Below are positions 8,886-17,611 of a stretch of DNA of 64,000 nt, piece by piece. Location of the stretch: contig CAWHDT010000009.1 in the NCBI GenBank assembly GCA_963828195.1, positions 1-64,000 of the forward strand. Direction: 5' to 3'. The position numbers were made by a program, and so were the translations under genes. Positions within the stretch are counted from its first letter, which is position 1. Every line of letters starts with the position of its first letter. The DNA is from Candidatus Bathyarchaeota archaeon. Its GTDB lineage: Archaea; Thermoproteota; Bathyarchaeia; Bathyarchaeales; Bathycorpusculaceae. Under the pieces are notes generated by a model. The model saw only the letters and a program-made list of their open reading frames with translations. It searched no databases and had not been told where the DNA came from.

Positions 8886-9357
8886 ATGGAAAAGCTCAAA
8901 GAAGGATACTTTGGGTAGATTCACTTCAAACGGAGTATATACTGGTCATTGTTCAAAGGGGAGAGGTCAACACACTATATATCACATAGATGGAAACGTT
9001 TTCATTGATTGGATAGGTGAATATGGAAAACCAACAAAAGTTGGAACTTACCAACCGTTAGCCGAGTTTAAAGGTTTTATCAACTAGTTTGCGTTGGTTT
9101 TTCAATATTAACCAATGTACCTTATAAGCTCAAGAAACTTGATGCGATAGTAAACATTGATGCAAGAAACTATCCAAATGGCATAGGTTGTTCTATCTTC
9201 TTAATTGAACCAAATAATTATCAGCTTTTGGGAGAAGTAGCAAAAGGCATACCTTCAGACATGATAACTGAGATCCATTCATTTTTACAATGTAAGCCGT
9301 GGCTTTCCATGATAATTTATGGTAATGTTATGAAAAACTCCGAAGGTGAGGAATAGT
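8886..9357 (+). pseudogene. Degraded hypothetical gene
   Basis: Startless open stretch ending ...IYGNVMKNSEGEE*, preceded by stop-interrupted fragments. Confidence 0.35.
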
Positions 9358-9429
9358 TTTGTGCCTCGAAAGTTTACGTGGGAAGTCAAGCCTTGAGAAC
9401 TTTATCGAACCTAAAAACGAAATCTTAAA

Positions 9430-9798
9430 TTGAATGCTTTTTTAAAACTTGCTGTGGGTGTTAACCTGAAGACATTGCGTGTTAGGGCTTTTGACGGAAC
9501 ATCTGTAACTGTTACGTTAGATGTTGTTAGCCATGTAAGCGGGAAGCATTCGGAGGTTTTATCTTTTTTGGGTTTGGCTGAAGAAGCATTTTTTGATTTG
9601 CTTTGTGAAGTTTTGCAAAAGCCAAATGAGGCGTATGTTGATTCTTCCGGTTCTAAATATTTTTTGAAGCAGGTGAGTGTGCGTGGTATTTTTCTCAACG
9701 TTATTGTTGATGAAGAGGTTGTTCGGACGGCCTACTTAATTAATTCGAAAACCCATTCTAGAATGAGGCGCAGGAAATGGTTACAACGTCTTTGTTAG
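9430..9798 (+). CDS. Putative RelE/DUF4258-like toxin
   Basis: HVSGKHSE...VLQKPNEAY...VRTAY pattern; overlaps a DUF2283-like gene; true start uncertain. Confidence 0.55.
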   Translation: MNAFLKLAVGVNLKTLRVRAFDGTSVTVTLDVVSHVSGKHSEVLSFLGLAEEAFFDLLCEVLQKPNEAYVDSSGSKYFLKQVSVRGIFLNVIVDEEVVRTAYLINSKTHSRMRRRKWLQRLC

Positions 9799-10043
9799 AT
9801 ATTGACGTGGATGAAGTTCTTGGAAAAGTAGAAAGACTTGCGCACGTGAAGTTGCCTAGAGCTGTTATTGAGGTAAGTTTGGAGCCTAAGTTGGAGATGC
9901 TTTGTATTCGCTTCAAGAAGCCTACTAAAGCAGAGTTAGGCGAACCCCTTCATCCCGGCATCCACTTGTTCACCGACATGGACACCAAAGAGATTACAGC
10001 GTTGGAAATAACAGATTTGGCGAAGTTAAAACTTGCTTCATGA
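9777..10043 (+). CDS. DUF2283-like antitoxin
   Basis: LCIRF...GIHLFTDMDTKEITALEI. Confidence 0.6.
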   Translation: MVTTSLLDIDVDEVLGKVERLAHVKLPRAVIEVSLEPKLEMLCIRFKKPTKAELGEPLHPGIHLFTDMDTKEITALEITDLAKLKLAS

Positions 10044-10289
10044 AAAGCGCGCTGGAAAAACGTTTATTTCAGATTAGATGTTGCTAAATAATACCTACCT
10101 AAAGGGGCAAATTTTAAGCGTTAAAGCTTTTCTTTGTTGCCGAACACATTTTACGGTTTTTTTTGACAATTAAATTCACTTTGCAGGTTCTGCTTCAAGA
10201 ACCTTGATTTAATGCTTATTCTGCGATGCATTGTCTAAATTCCCGTGATTTATGAGCGGCGCGCAGGACATAAATGCGGACTTTTTGTA

Positions 10290-10427
10290 AAAACCAAAAA
10301 TCTGCCTTCAACACCATGGCACAAACCCGCAGAGCCCCAAAAAAAGCTAAAATAAACTCGCTGAGCCAAGATAATCACTCTGTTCTGGCTTTAAATACCG
10401 TTGTGGTAGAACCAACTCAGCAATAAA
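10290..10427 (-). repeat. Repeat family A, copy 2, followed by only the first codons (LVF) of the membrane protein gene
   Basis: Aligns to 8565-8707. Confidence 0.8.
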
Positions 10428-10639
10428 CACCAAAGGAACGAACTCTTTCAGAATTCTGAGTTAGGACTTACAGGACTGTTCAGTCCTTCCAATAATCCTG
10501 TTCTCCGAGGCTAGCGTCGATGTGAAGACAAGAGAAATGGTGGTTGATGAGAACATTTCAGGTTTTTGACCGAGCATTTTTCTGTGGTCATGTAAACGTT
10601 TATACGTTTCGTATACGCTTTATTTTAAGGGAGCAGACA

Positions 10640-10948
10640 ATGACAGAAATAGTCTCAACACGAGTTCCTGAAGATATGGCTAAGGATTTGGAGGAAATCG
10701 AAAAAGAAGAAAAGTCGGACCGGGCCACTGTTGTCAGAAAACTCTTAGCGAAAGCAATTGCAGACAGGAAACTCGAAAGGGCATTGACGCTCTTTGGCAG
10801 CGGCAAAGTAACTCTGTTGAAAGCTTCCAAGATAGCTGGTTTGTCTATCTGGGAAATGATGGATATTGTGAAGCAGAGAAAAATTTCTTTCCAGTACTCG
10901 TATGAGGACTTCCGCGGAGACTTCGAAAAAGCTTTGAAGGAACAATGA
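10640..10948 (+). CDS. UPF0175 family antitoxin (RHH + HTH)
   Basis: MTEIVSTRVP...GKVTLLKASKIAGLSIWE; TATACG-TTT-CGTATA palindrome upstream (about 10600-10614). Confidence 0.8.
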   Translation: MTEIVSTRVPEDMAKDLEEIEKEEKSDRATVVRKLLAKAIADRKLERALTLFGSGKVTLLKASKIAGLSIWEMMDIVKQRKISFQYSYEDFRGDFEKALKEQ

Positions 10949-11481
10949 TGCCAAAACCGCTGATTTTCGATTCAACCCCTTTAATTTACCTCACAAAATC
11001 TTCCATGGCAGAAATGCTAAGAGAAATTTCCCAACCAAAATTTACCACGGCAAGCGTGTTTGAAGAAGTGGTTTGCGAAGGCAAAAAGAGGAAAGCGCCT
11101 GAAGCATTGCTTTTAGAGACTTTATTTAACGGGGAAATAATCAAGGTTCGAAGCGTCAGCGACAGGAAATACCTCAATTATGTGGCTGAGATGGCTGCGG
11201 GAAGTGAATTGCAGCCGTTGCATGAGGCGGAAGCTGAGGTTCTTTGTTTAACTAGAGAATTGGATGGAGTAGCTATTGCTGATGATGAAGTTGCTAGGTC
11301 GGTTGCAAGGATTCTGGGTATTGAACTTCACGGAACCGGGTATGTTTTGGGCAAAATCTATGCAACTGGAAAAATCAACAAAGGGGCTCTGATTGAGAAA
11401 GTTAAAGAAATGCGCGGCAGCGGCTGGTATGTGTCGGCTGAAGATTATTTGAAAATAATCGACTACCTCAAAAATCTTTAA
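10945..11481 (+). CDS. PIN-domain toxin, DUF3368 family (VapC-like)
   Basis: IFDSTPLI, LHEAEAE, IADDEVAR, HGTGYVL; ATGA overlap with the antitoxin. Confidence 0.85.
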   Translation: MMPKPLIFDSTPLIYLTKSSMAEMLREISQPKFTTASVFEEVVCEGKKRKAPEALLLETLFNGEIIKVRSVSDRKYLNYVAEMAAGSELQPLHEAEAEVLCLTRELDGVAIADDEVARSVARILGIELHGTGYVLGKIYATGKINKGALIEKVKEMRGSGWYVSAEDYLKIIDYLKNL

Positions 11482-11599
11482 GATTAAGCTATACTGATTC
11501 TTTCGAGAACCCACTCCATTTCTTCTCACTCCGCTTTCAAAAAATCCAAATCGTTCACCGACACTAAAAAATAAATCTCTAACAGAATCGTAAACCGTC

Positions 11600-11703
11600 T
11601 GCAATGGCACTGCTCTATTTTAAGGTCACCTCAAAATTTTAGGTCTGGCTAGCACACTAACGGCTAAAACACCTGTACTGTGCACATGCGCCGCGAAAAC
11701 CCA
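11600..11703. repeat. Intergenic repeat family B, copy 2
   Basis: Aligns to 7397-7500. Confidence 0.8.
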
Positions 11704-11798
11704 GTTCTCGAAAATCAAGCCAGTCTCTGCCAAAAAGATACAAGTTAAAAAGTAACGAACCAAATTAATATCTTAAACGAACATGGAGACGTGTAGAA

Positions 11799-12002
11799 AT
11801 GACTTCTTCAGATATTCCCACGGTTGAAGTGCCGCTTGAAGCCTTAGTTAAAGAGCTTGGCGCTAAAAGGGCGATAGAATTCATTAACGAAATCCGAGAA
11901 TCCTACGGCGAGTCAGTTGCCGCTCTTAAAACGCCGACAGAAAAACTCACAATCGAACAAATAGAAGCCAAAATCAAAGCTTTAAAGAAGAAAAAGATCT
12001 AA
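11799..12002 (+). CDS. Small hypothetical protein, orphan antitoxin-like
   Basis: 67 aa, ALVKELGAKRAIEFI motif, GGAG RBS-like motif upstream. Confidence 0.55.
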   Translation: MTSSDIPTVEVPLEALVKELGAKRAIEFINEIRESYGESVAALKTPTEKLTIEQIEAKIKALKKKKI

Positions 12003-12014
12003 TCCTCAAGATTT

Positions 12015-13025
12015 TCAGGTTTTTTGTTTAAACCAAGCTACTGTTCTCTTCAGTCCCTCTTCAAAGCTGACCTTCGGCTTCCACTCTGCCAGTTTTTCCA
12101 GTTTGGCTGTGTCTGGGCAGCGCCTTTTCGGGTCGTCCTTCGGCAGCGGATGAAACTCGATTGGCGAGGTGCACTGTGTGACTTCTTTGATTTTGTTTGC
12201 CAAGTGCAGGATGGTTACTTCACGGGTGTTTCCTACGTTTACGGCTTCTCCCCGAGCATTTTCGCTGGCGCATAGCAGAAGTAAAGCCGCTGCGGTGTCG
12301 GTTATGTAGCAAAATGACCTGGTCTGTTTTCCTTCGCCGTAAACCGTGATGGGCTGGTTAGTTAATGCTTGCAAGATAAAGCGGGACATGGCCCTGCCGT
12401 ACAGGCCGTCTTCTCGTAGACGTGGACCATACGTGTTAAAGATCCTGGGAACCCGCACATCCAACCCGTACTGCCTGCTGTAAGCCATCAGCAAGGCTTC
12501 AGCGAAGCGTTTTCCCTCGTCATAGCATGATCTGATGCCTATGGGGTTGACTTTTCCCCAGTAACTTTCAGGTGTAGGAATGACTTCTGCGTCTCCGTAG
12601 ACCTCTGAGGTTGAAGCAAACAACAAGGTTGCGTCGTTTTTTCGAGCTATCTCTGCCATGTTTTCGGTTCCAACTGCGCTGGTCTGCAGGGTTTCAATCG
12701 GGTGCGCTTGATACTCGTCTGGAGAAGCGTGACCCGCCATGTGAAAGATAACGTCGAATTTTTCTCTACTTTTAAACGTGCAGACATCAGATCTAAGCAG
12801 TTTGAACTTGGGGTTTCGTGTCAGCTGGTCAATGTTCTTGATTCTGCCTGTTGAGAAATCGTCCAGAGCCGTGACTTGAGCGCCGAAGTCGAGGAGAACA
12901 TCGCAGAGCCAACTTCCGATAAAACCTGCTCCTCCGGTCACCAGCGCCTTCTTTTCCGTATAGGATTCTGCCTTAACGTTGCCTTTTATGGTTTCTATGT
13001 CTTCGCGTATTATTTTGTCTATCAT
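12015..13025 (-). CDS. uxs: UDP-glucuronate decarboxylase (UDP-xylose synthase), extended SDR
   Basis: TGGAGFIGS, ASTSEVYGD, YWGKVNPIGIRSCYDEGKR, RIFNTYGP, DDPKRRCPD. Confidence 0.9.
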   Translation of the reverse strand: MIDKIIREDIETIKGNVKAESYTEKKALVTGGAGFIGSWLCDVLLDFGAQVTALDDFSTGRIKNIDQLTRNPKFKLLRSDVCTFKSREKFDVIFHMAGHASPDEYQAHPIETLQTSAVGTENMAEIARKNDATLLFASTSEVYGDAEVIPTPESYWGKVNPIGIRSCYDEGKRFAEALLMAYSRQYGLDVRVPRIFNTYGPRLREDGLYGRAMSRFILQALTNQPITVYGEGKQTRSFCYITDTAAALLLLCASENARGEAVNVGNTREVTILHLANKIKEVTQCTSPIEFHPLPKDDPKRRCPDTAKLEKLAEWKPKVSFEEGLKRTVAWFKQKT

Positions 13026-13894
13026 GGGTGTGTTCTTCTGCAGAATTGGTTGTACGATAGTTCTAGGGCTTGCCAGTATCTTTCGGGGCTGCCGATGTCT
13101 AAGTGGCTATAGGTTTTGTCCAGTTTGACCGCGTAGACTTTTGCTCTCCAATCGATGAGTTTTTGGATTGCGTCGGTAAGCTGGATTTCATCGTCTTTTC
13201 CAGGCTTTGTTGCTTCGAGCGCCTTAAAGATGATGGGGCGAAAGGCGTACATGGCCATTATCGCCAGGTTCGTTTTAGGCTTCTCAGGTTTCTCAACAAC
13301 TGTTGTAACTTTGAATATTCCCTCTTCAACTTCTTTGCCCTCGACGATTCCGTACTGCTTGGGATTCTCAATCTCCAACGCGATAAATGCTGCGTCTGCT
13401 CTAAACTTTTCATATGCACTTAGCAGTTTTTTGAGGTAATCCATGTTTTTGCTGATTATGCAGCTGTCTCCAGCATGCACTATGCATTGTTCGTTCTGCA
13501 CGAAGGGTTGAGCCATCAAAACTGCGTTTCCAAACCCTTTCGGTTCAGGTTGATTAACATACATGATTGTGGCTGTGTCGAGTTTCTGGTAGAAATCTTC
13601 AAGGTCGGATGCTTGGCTGTTTTTGCCCATGACTTCTAGGTTTCTTATGCAGTTTGCGTCGGGGGTGAAGTGGTCTTCTATGCCTCGTTTTCCTCTGCCG
13701 ACGATGTAGCAAAATTCCCTTGGACCTGCGTCGTATAACTGTTCAAAAACCATCTGGACCACGGGTTTCACTGACATGTCGCCGTTGGCTGTTTTAGAAA
13801 AAATCGGAAGCATCTCTTTAGGCCGCTCTTTTGTCGCGGGGAACAGTCGCGTGCCTAAACCTGCTGCTGGAACTACAACCTTGCGAATCATCAA
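13022..13894 (-). CDS. galU: UTP-glucose-1-phosphate uridylyltransferase
   Basis: PAAGLGTRLFPATK..PKEMLP, VEKP, EIQLTDAI. Confidence 0.88.
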   Translation of the reverse strand: MMIRKVVVPAAGLGTRLFPATKERPKEMLPIFSKTANGDMSVKPVVQMVFEQLYDAGPREFCYIVGRGKRGIEDHFTPDANCIRNLEVMGKNSQASDLEDFYQKLDTATIMYVNQPEPKGFGNAVLMAQPFVQNEQCIVHAGDSCIISKNMDYLKKLLSAYEKFRADAAFIALEIENPKQYGIVEGKEVEEGIFKVTTVVEKPEKPKTNLAIMAMYAFRPIIFKALEATKPGKDDEIQLTDAIQKLIDWRAKVYAVKLDKTYSHLDIGSPERYWQALELSYNQFCRRTHP

Positions 13895-13982
13895 ACTTTC
13901 CCTCGCCTTCTTTGTTACATTAACCCATATATATTTAATATAATAACTTAATCCAAACTACGTTTGAATTGAGGTCTGTCTC

Positions 13983-15326
13983 TTGAAAAAACAACCGCAA
14001 ATATCTGTCATAGGCGCCGGGTACGTCGGTTTATGCACTGCAGTTGGCTTCGCAAGCCGCGGCTACAACGTTGTCGCTTCAGATGTTGACGCCGAAAAAG
14101 CCGGAAAAATCAATCAGGGTGTCCCTCCATTCCACGAACCCCAGCTCCAAGAAAAGCTCAGGGACTGCATCAAAAGGGGCACTTTGAAATGTTTAGTTAA
14201 TCAAACAGAAAAGGCAGTGTTGGAGTCTAACTTGACTTTTGTGGCTGTGGGCACTCCAAGCAAGCCTGACGGCGGCATCGACCTCAAATTCATAGAGGCC
14301 TCTTCACATGACATTGGCAAAGCGCTAAGCCTCAAAGACACCTATCATGTTGCTGTTGTCAAAAGCACTGTTATCCCCGGAACTACCCAAGACGTCGTTA
14401 AGCCTATTCTAGAAGAGGAATCAAAAAAGAAATGTGGTTTAAACTTCGGTTTATGCATGAATCCCGAATTTCTGCGGCAGGGCTCAGCTTTCCAGGACAC
14501 CGTTAACGCTGACCGCGTTGTCATAGGCTCATACGATAAACGTTCAGGAGATATGCTGCAGGACTTATACCGAGACTTCTATAGCGCGCATGTGCCTCCG
14601 ATAATCAGAACTACACCATCTACAGCTGAACTTATCAAGTACGCAAGCAACTCGATGCTTGCCGCAAAAATCAGCTTCATAAACACGATAGCTAACATAT
14701 GTGAAAAAATCCCCGGCGCAGACGTTAAGGTTGTGGCTGAAGCCATGGGTATGGATAAACGGATAGGTCCGCTTTTTCTGGATGCTGGATTAGGATATGG
14801 CGGCTCATGTTTTCCCAAAGATGTGAAAGCCCTCATTGCCTGCTCAAAAGCCCTGGGTTATCATCCTGAACTCTTAGCGTCTGTAGAAACCGTGAATAAA
14901 ACTCAACCGTTGAAAGCTATACAATTCTGCAAAGAGCAGGTAGGAAACCTTAAAGACAAAAAAGTAGCTATTTTGGGCTTAGCTTTCAAGCCGGACACAG
15001 ACGACATGAGGGAAGCACGGGTTGTGCCGATAATAAATCAGCTGTTAAAGGAAGGTGCCCTAGTGACCGCCTACGACCCAGTTGCCATACCTGTCGCACA
15101 AACCATCTTCCAAAACAAAATCCAATATGCACACTCAGCGCTTGATTGTCTCAAGGGCGCAGATTGCTGCATCATAGTAACCGAATGGGCAGAATTCAAA
15201 AGCCTAACGCCCGAAGACTTCATCAAAAACATGAAACAGCCCATACTAATCGACGGCAGACGAATCTATAACCCCGACACATATAGCCAAAAACTCAGAT
15301 TCACCGCTATAGGTTTTGGAAAATAA
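13983..15326 (+). CDS. ugd: UDP-glucose 6-dehydrogenase
   Basis: GAGYVG, NPEFLRQG, GYGGSCFPKD, GLAFKPDTDDMRE. Confidence 0.92.
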   Translation: MKKQPQISVIGAGYVGLCTAVGFASRGYNVVASDVDAEKAGKINQGVPPFHEPQLQEKLRDCIKRGTLKCLVNQTEKAVLESNLTFVAVGTPSKPDGGIDLKFIEASSHDIGKALSLKDTYHVAVVKSTVIPGTTQDVVKPILEEESKKKCGLNFGLCMNPEFLRQGSAFQDTVNADRVVIGSYDKRSGDMLQDLYRDFYSAHVPPIIRTTPSTAELIKYASNSMLAAKISFINTIANICEKIPGADVKVVAEAMGMDKRIGPLFLDAGLGYGGSCFPKDVKALIACSKALGYHPELLASVETVNKTQPLKAIQFCKEQVGNLKDKKVAILGLAFKPDTDDMREARVVPIINQLLKEGALVTAYDPVAIPVAQTIFQNKIQYAHSALDCLKGADCCIIVTEWAEFKSLTPEDFIKNMKQPILIDGRRIYNPDTYSQKLRFTAIGFGK

Positions 15327-15605
15327 TCTTTCCCAATTATTTTGGGCATCTGACTTGTTGTTTTGCTTAATCCCGGACGAGAGCTTGAGGGGTCAAGGCG
15401 AATAATGTTTCCTCACTAACCAAGAATACTTCTTAAAATTAACAAGGGCTGTTCAAAGAGAAAAATTCAAAGAGCAGAAAAAAACCATTTTTTTGAAAAG
15501 ATGAGCTAAATTTAAACAAGAAGGATTTACCCGTTAACCAAAAAGACTTAAATAACTTGCGATTTTATTCGGTAGGTAAAACAATCATGTAATGGTGCAT
15601 CAAAC

Positions 15606-16511
15606 GTGAAATTTGGCGTATTTCTTTATCAACCTGAGCCTGTTGAAGGCGTCGATTATAATTTCTACCGTTTAAAATCAGAATCTGGAATCGTTGGAAA
15701 ACCCAACCCTAAAATGTACACTAACATCGCATGCTTCGGCGACAATTTCATGGCGGCCAAACGTCCAGACTGGGTCTCAGTCAGCAAGGATGGGCCGTCT
15801 CTTCGCACCAACAAAAAATATAATCTCCGCTGGGACGTCGTATGCATGACTAACCCCGAAGCGAGAGAATACAACCTTAAAATCATAGCTGAATCCGCCA
15901 AAGCCACCCCTGGCATAAGCATAAGTAGTCAACACTTTGCGGAACGTGACTTCTGTACGTGTCCACGCTGCGTAGAGCAGTGGCGGCAGAGCGGCTTGAA
16001 CTGGGTGGATTGGCGAGCAAAAACCGTAACGGAATTCTTAAAAGAAGTGAAAGATGTAGTTAAAAACAAACCCTTGTTCGTTAATTGTTTGCCTGACCCG
16101 TTGCTTGGCAAGATGCGGTTTGGCTACGACTTCGAAGCGATGGCAGAATATGCTGACTACTTCGTTATTCCGATGTTCAGCAAGGCTTACCCTACTCCGT
16201 GGTACTGGGAAACTATTGCAAGAGGATTCAAAAGCTTCCTAAAGAAGCCGGTGTTCGTGAATTTCTATGTCCGCGGACCAAACGAAACGTGGGACACTGT
16301 TGCACCAACTAAACAGATAATGACTGTGGCTACTCGCGCGGCGAGAACAGGCATAGACGGCATCATCTTCTTAGCTGAAAAAGCGCAGTGGATACAAGAG
16401 TTCCAAAAGAACGCGGTCGCAGACAAAGAAACTCGAGAATTCCTCAAGGGACACGGCGGAGACGACGTCTTAGAACTCTTCAACCGATGGGAAAAGATGC
16501 TAAAAGCTTAG
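15606..16511 (+). CDS. Glycoside-hydrolase-like TIM barrel (GHL10/DUF4015-like) with CxCxxC
   Basis: C.TNPEAREY, FCTCPRC, WRAKTVTEF, GYDF..MAEYADY..PM pattern. Confidence 0.55.
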   Translation: MKFGVFLYQPEPVEGVDYNFYRLKSESGIVGKPNPKMYTNIACFGDNFMAAKRPDWVSVSKDGPSLRTNKKYNLRWDVVCMTNPEAREYNLKIIAESAKATPGISISSQHFAERDFCTCPRCVEQWRQSGLNWVDWRAKTVTEFLKEVKDVVKNKPLFVNCLPDPLLGKMRFGYDFEAMAEYADYFVIPMFSKAYPTPWYWETIARGFKSFLKKPVFVNFYVRGPNETWDTVAPTKQIMTVATRAARTGIDGIIFLAEKAQWIQEFQKNAVADKETREFLKGHGGDDVLELFNRWEKMLKA

Positions 16512-16521
16512 CATCCTACAC

Positions 16522-16542
16522 TTCTTTATTTTTTGACTTTTT
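16522..16542 (+). terminator. Oligo-T archaeal terminator
   Basis: T-rich tract directly after the stop codon. Confidence 0.45.
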
Positions 16543-16651
16543 GTGTTTCGTTTAATCATGAGGAATATTTCTTTTCTTCAACGATATTTCCTGCTATTGA
16601 GTTGTAAAAATATTAAATATAAACCGATTCAAAATGGGCAATGTTCTGCTC

Positions 16652-16915
16652 TTATGGGCTGTATGTTGCTGCGTTTATTATTGTTAGGTTAACTATTTTC
16701 CCTTTGTTATTTATCCCTAGTACAATTTCGCCGTACTTGTCTACGATTTTGCTGTCAACAGTTTTTGCGGGGTACTCAAAATGTACGTAAAGAACATCTG
16801 CTGAATCGTCATAGTGAAACATCACTATTTTTGAGGGCAAATTCAAGTTGTATCGCTCGGCAACCTGGGTAACGATTTTTGGAACATCGATGGCTAAATT
16901 CACAGTTTTCGCCAA
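16652..16915 (-). CDS. DUF2283-like antitoxin
   Basis: YDDSADVLYVHF...GKIVNLTI. Confidence 0.75.
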   Translation of the reverse strand: MAKTVNLAIDVPKIVTQVAERYNLNLPSKIVMFHYDDSADVLYVHFEYPAKTVDSKIVDKYGEIVLGINNKGKIVNLTIINAATYSP

Positions 16916-17250
16916 AAGCGATACATCCTTCTTTTTCTTCTGTCACTAATAGGAAAAGCGGTTATAATAAACCCTTCTTGTAAACTTGTTTCTCGGTAAA
17001 CAACAATTAGGTTTTGGCTTAAATCAAAATCGGCTAATCGTTCGAATCTCTTGACCGCATGAAGTTGGGGTTTAATCCTTTTTGGTGGTTCGAGAACTTC
17101 GTCTGGTTGCTCAACTGTGCTTAGGATTTCTTTCATGAAATTGCCAAGCTCAGGTCTAGCGGTTGTGATATGCTCCCACTGTTTTTCAGTTAACCTTACG
17201 AGAGCGCCATTCTTAGATTTTATGACAGCTATATTCAAGGTGTATTCCAA
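16900..17250 (-). CDS. Putative RelE/DUF4258-like toxin
   Basis: LTEKQWEHI..RPEL, VEQPDEV, GFIITAF; overlaps the DUF2283-like gene. Confidence 0.65.
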   Translation of the reverse strand: MEYTLNIAVIKSKNGALVRLTEKQWEHITTARPELGNFMKEILSTVEQPDEVLEPPKRIKPQLHAVKRFERLADFDLSQNLIVVYRETSLQEGFIITAFPISDRRKRRMYRFWRKL

Positions 17251-17611
17251 TAGATTCTCAGGGTATATGTGTTCTTGCTTTTACCTTGTACTTAACTTTT
17301 TAGAGGCTGCGACAGTTGGAAGCCGCCGCAGGCGTCACATGTATTCGGGAAAGCCGAAAAATGAGAAAAAGAAAAAGAAGACATTTCAGTGACACATAAC
17401 AGCAAACATTTCAAGCCCTGAATCAAAAAACAACCCCGAACAGAAACTGTTGACCTATAGACCTACAATAGTATTTGTGGCAAATTTCAACCACAAAAAG
17501 CACAGACAAACCTGAAACTCCTTAACCTTACTTTTTTGGTTTTGTACAGTTTATTTAGAAAACTATATAATCCATCTTACATACAACCACTCCTACAGGG
17601 CGAACATAAAC

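Noticed and set aside
11490-11560. Minus-strand FESGVRR/MEWVLER resembling a fourth epimerase C-terminal fragment
   Set aside because: Requires a frameshift and has little DNA identity to the uxs tail; could be chance.
1-12000. Integron (attC) or Xer/dif cassette array
   Set aside because: No intI or xer gene, and no convincing RYYYAAC...GTTRRRY or 11-6-11 dif sites found by eye at the junctions.
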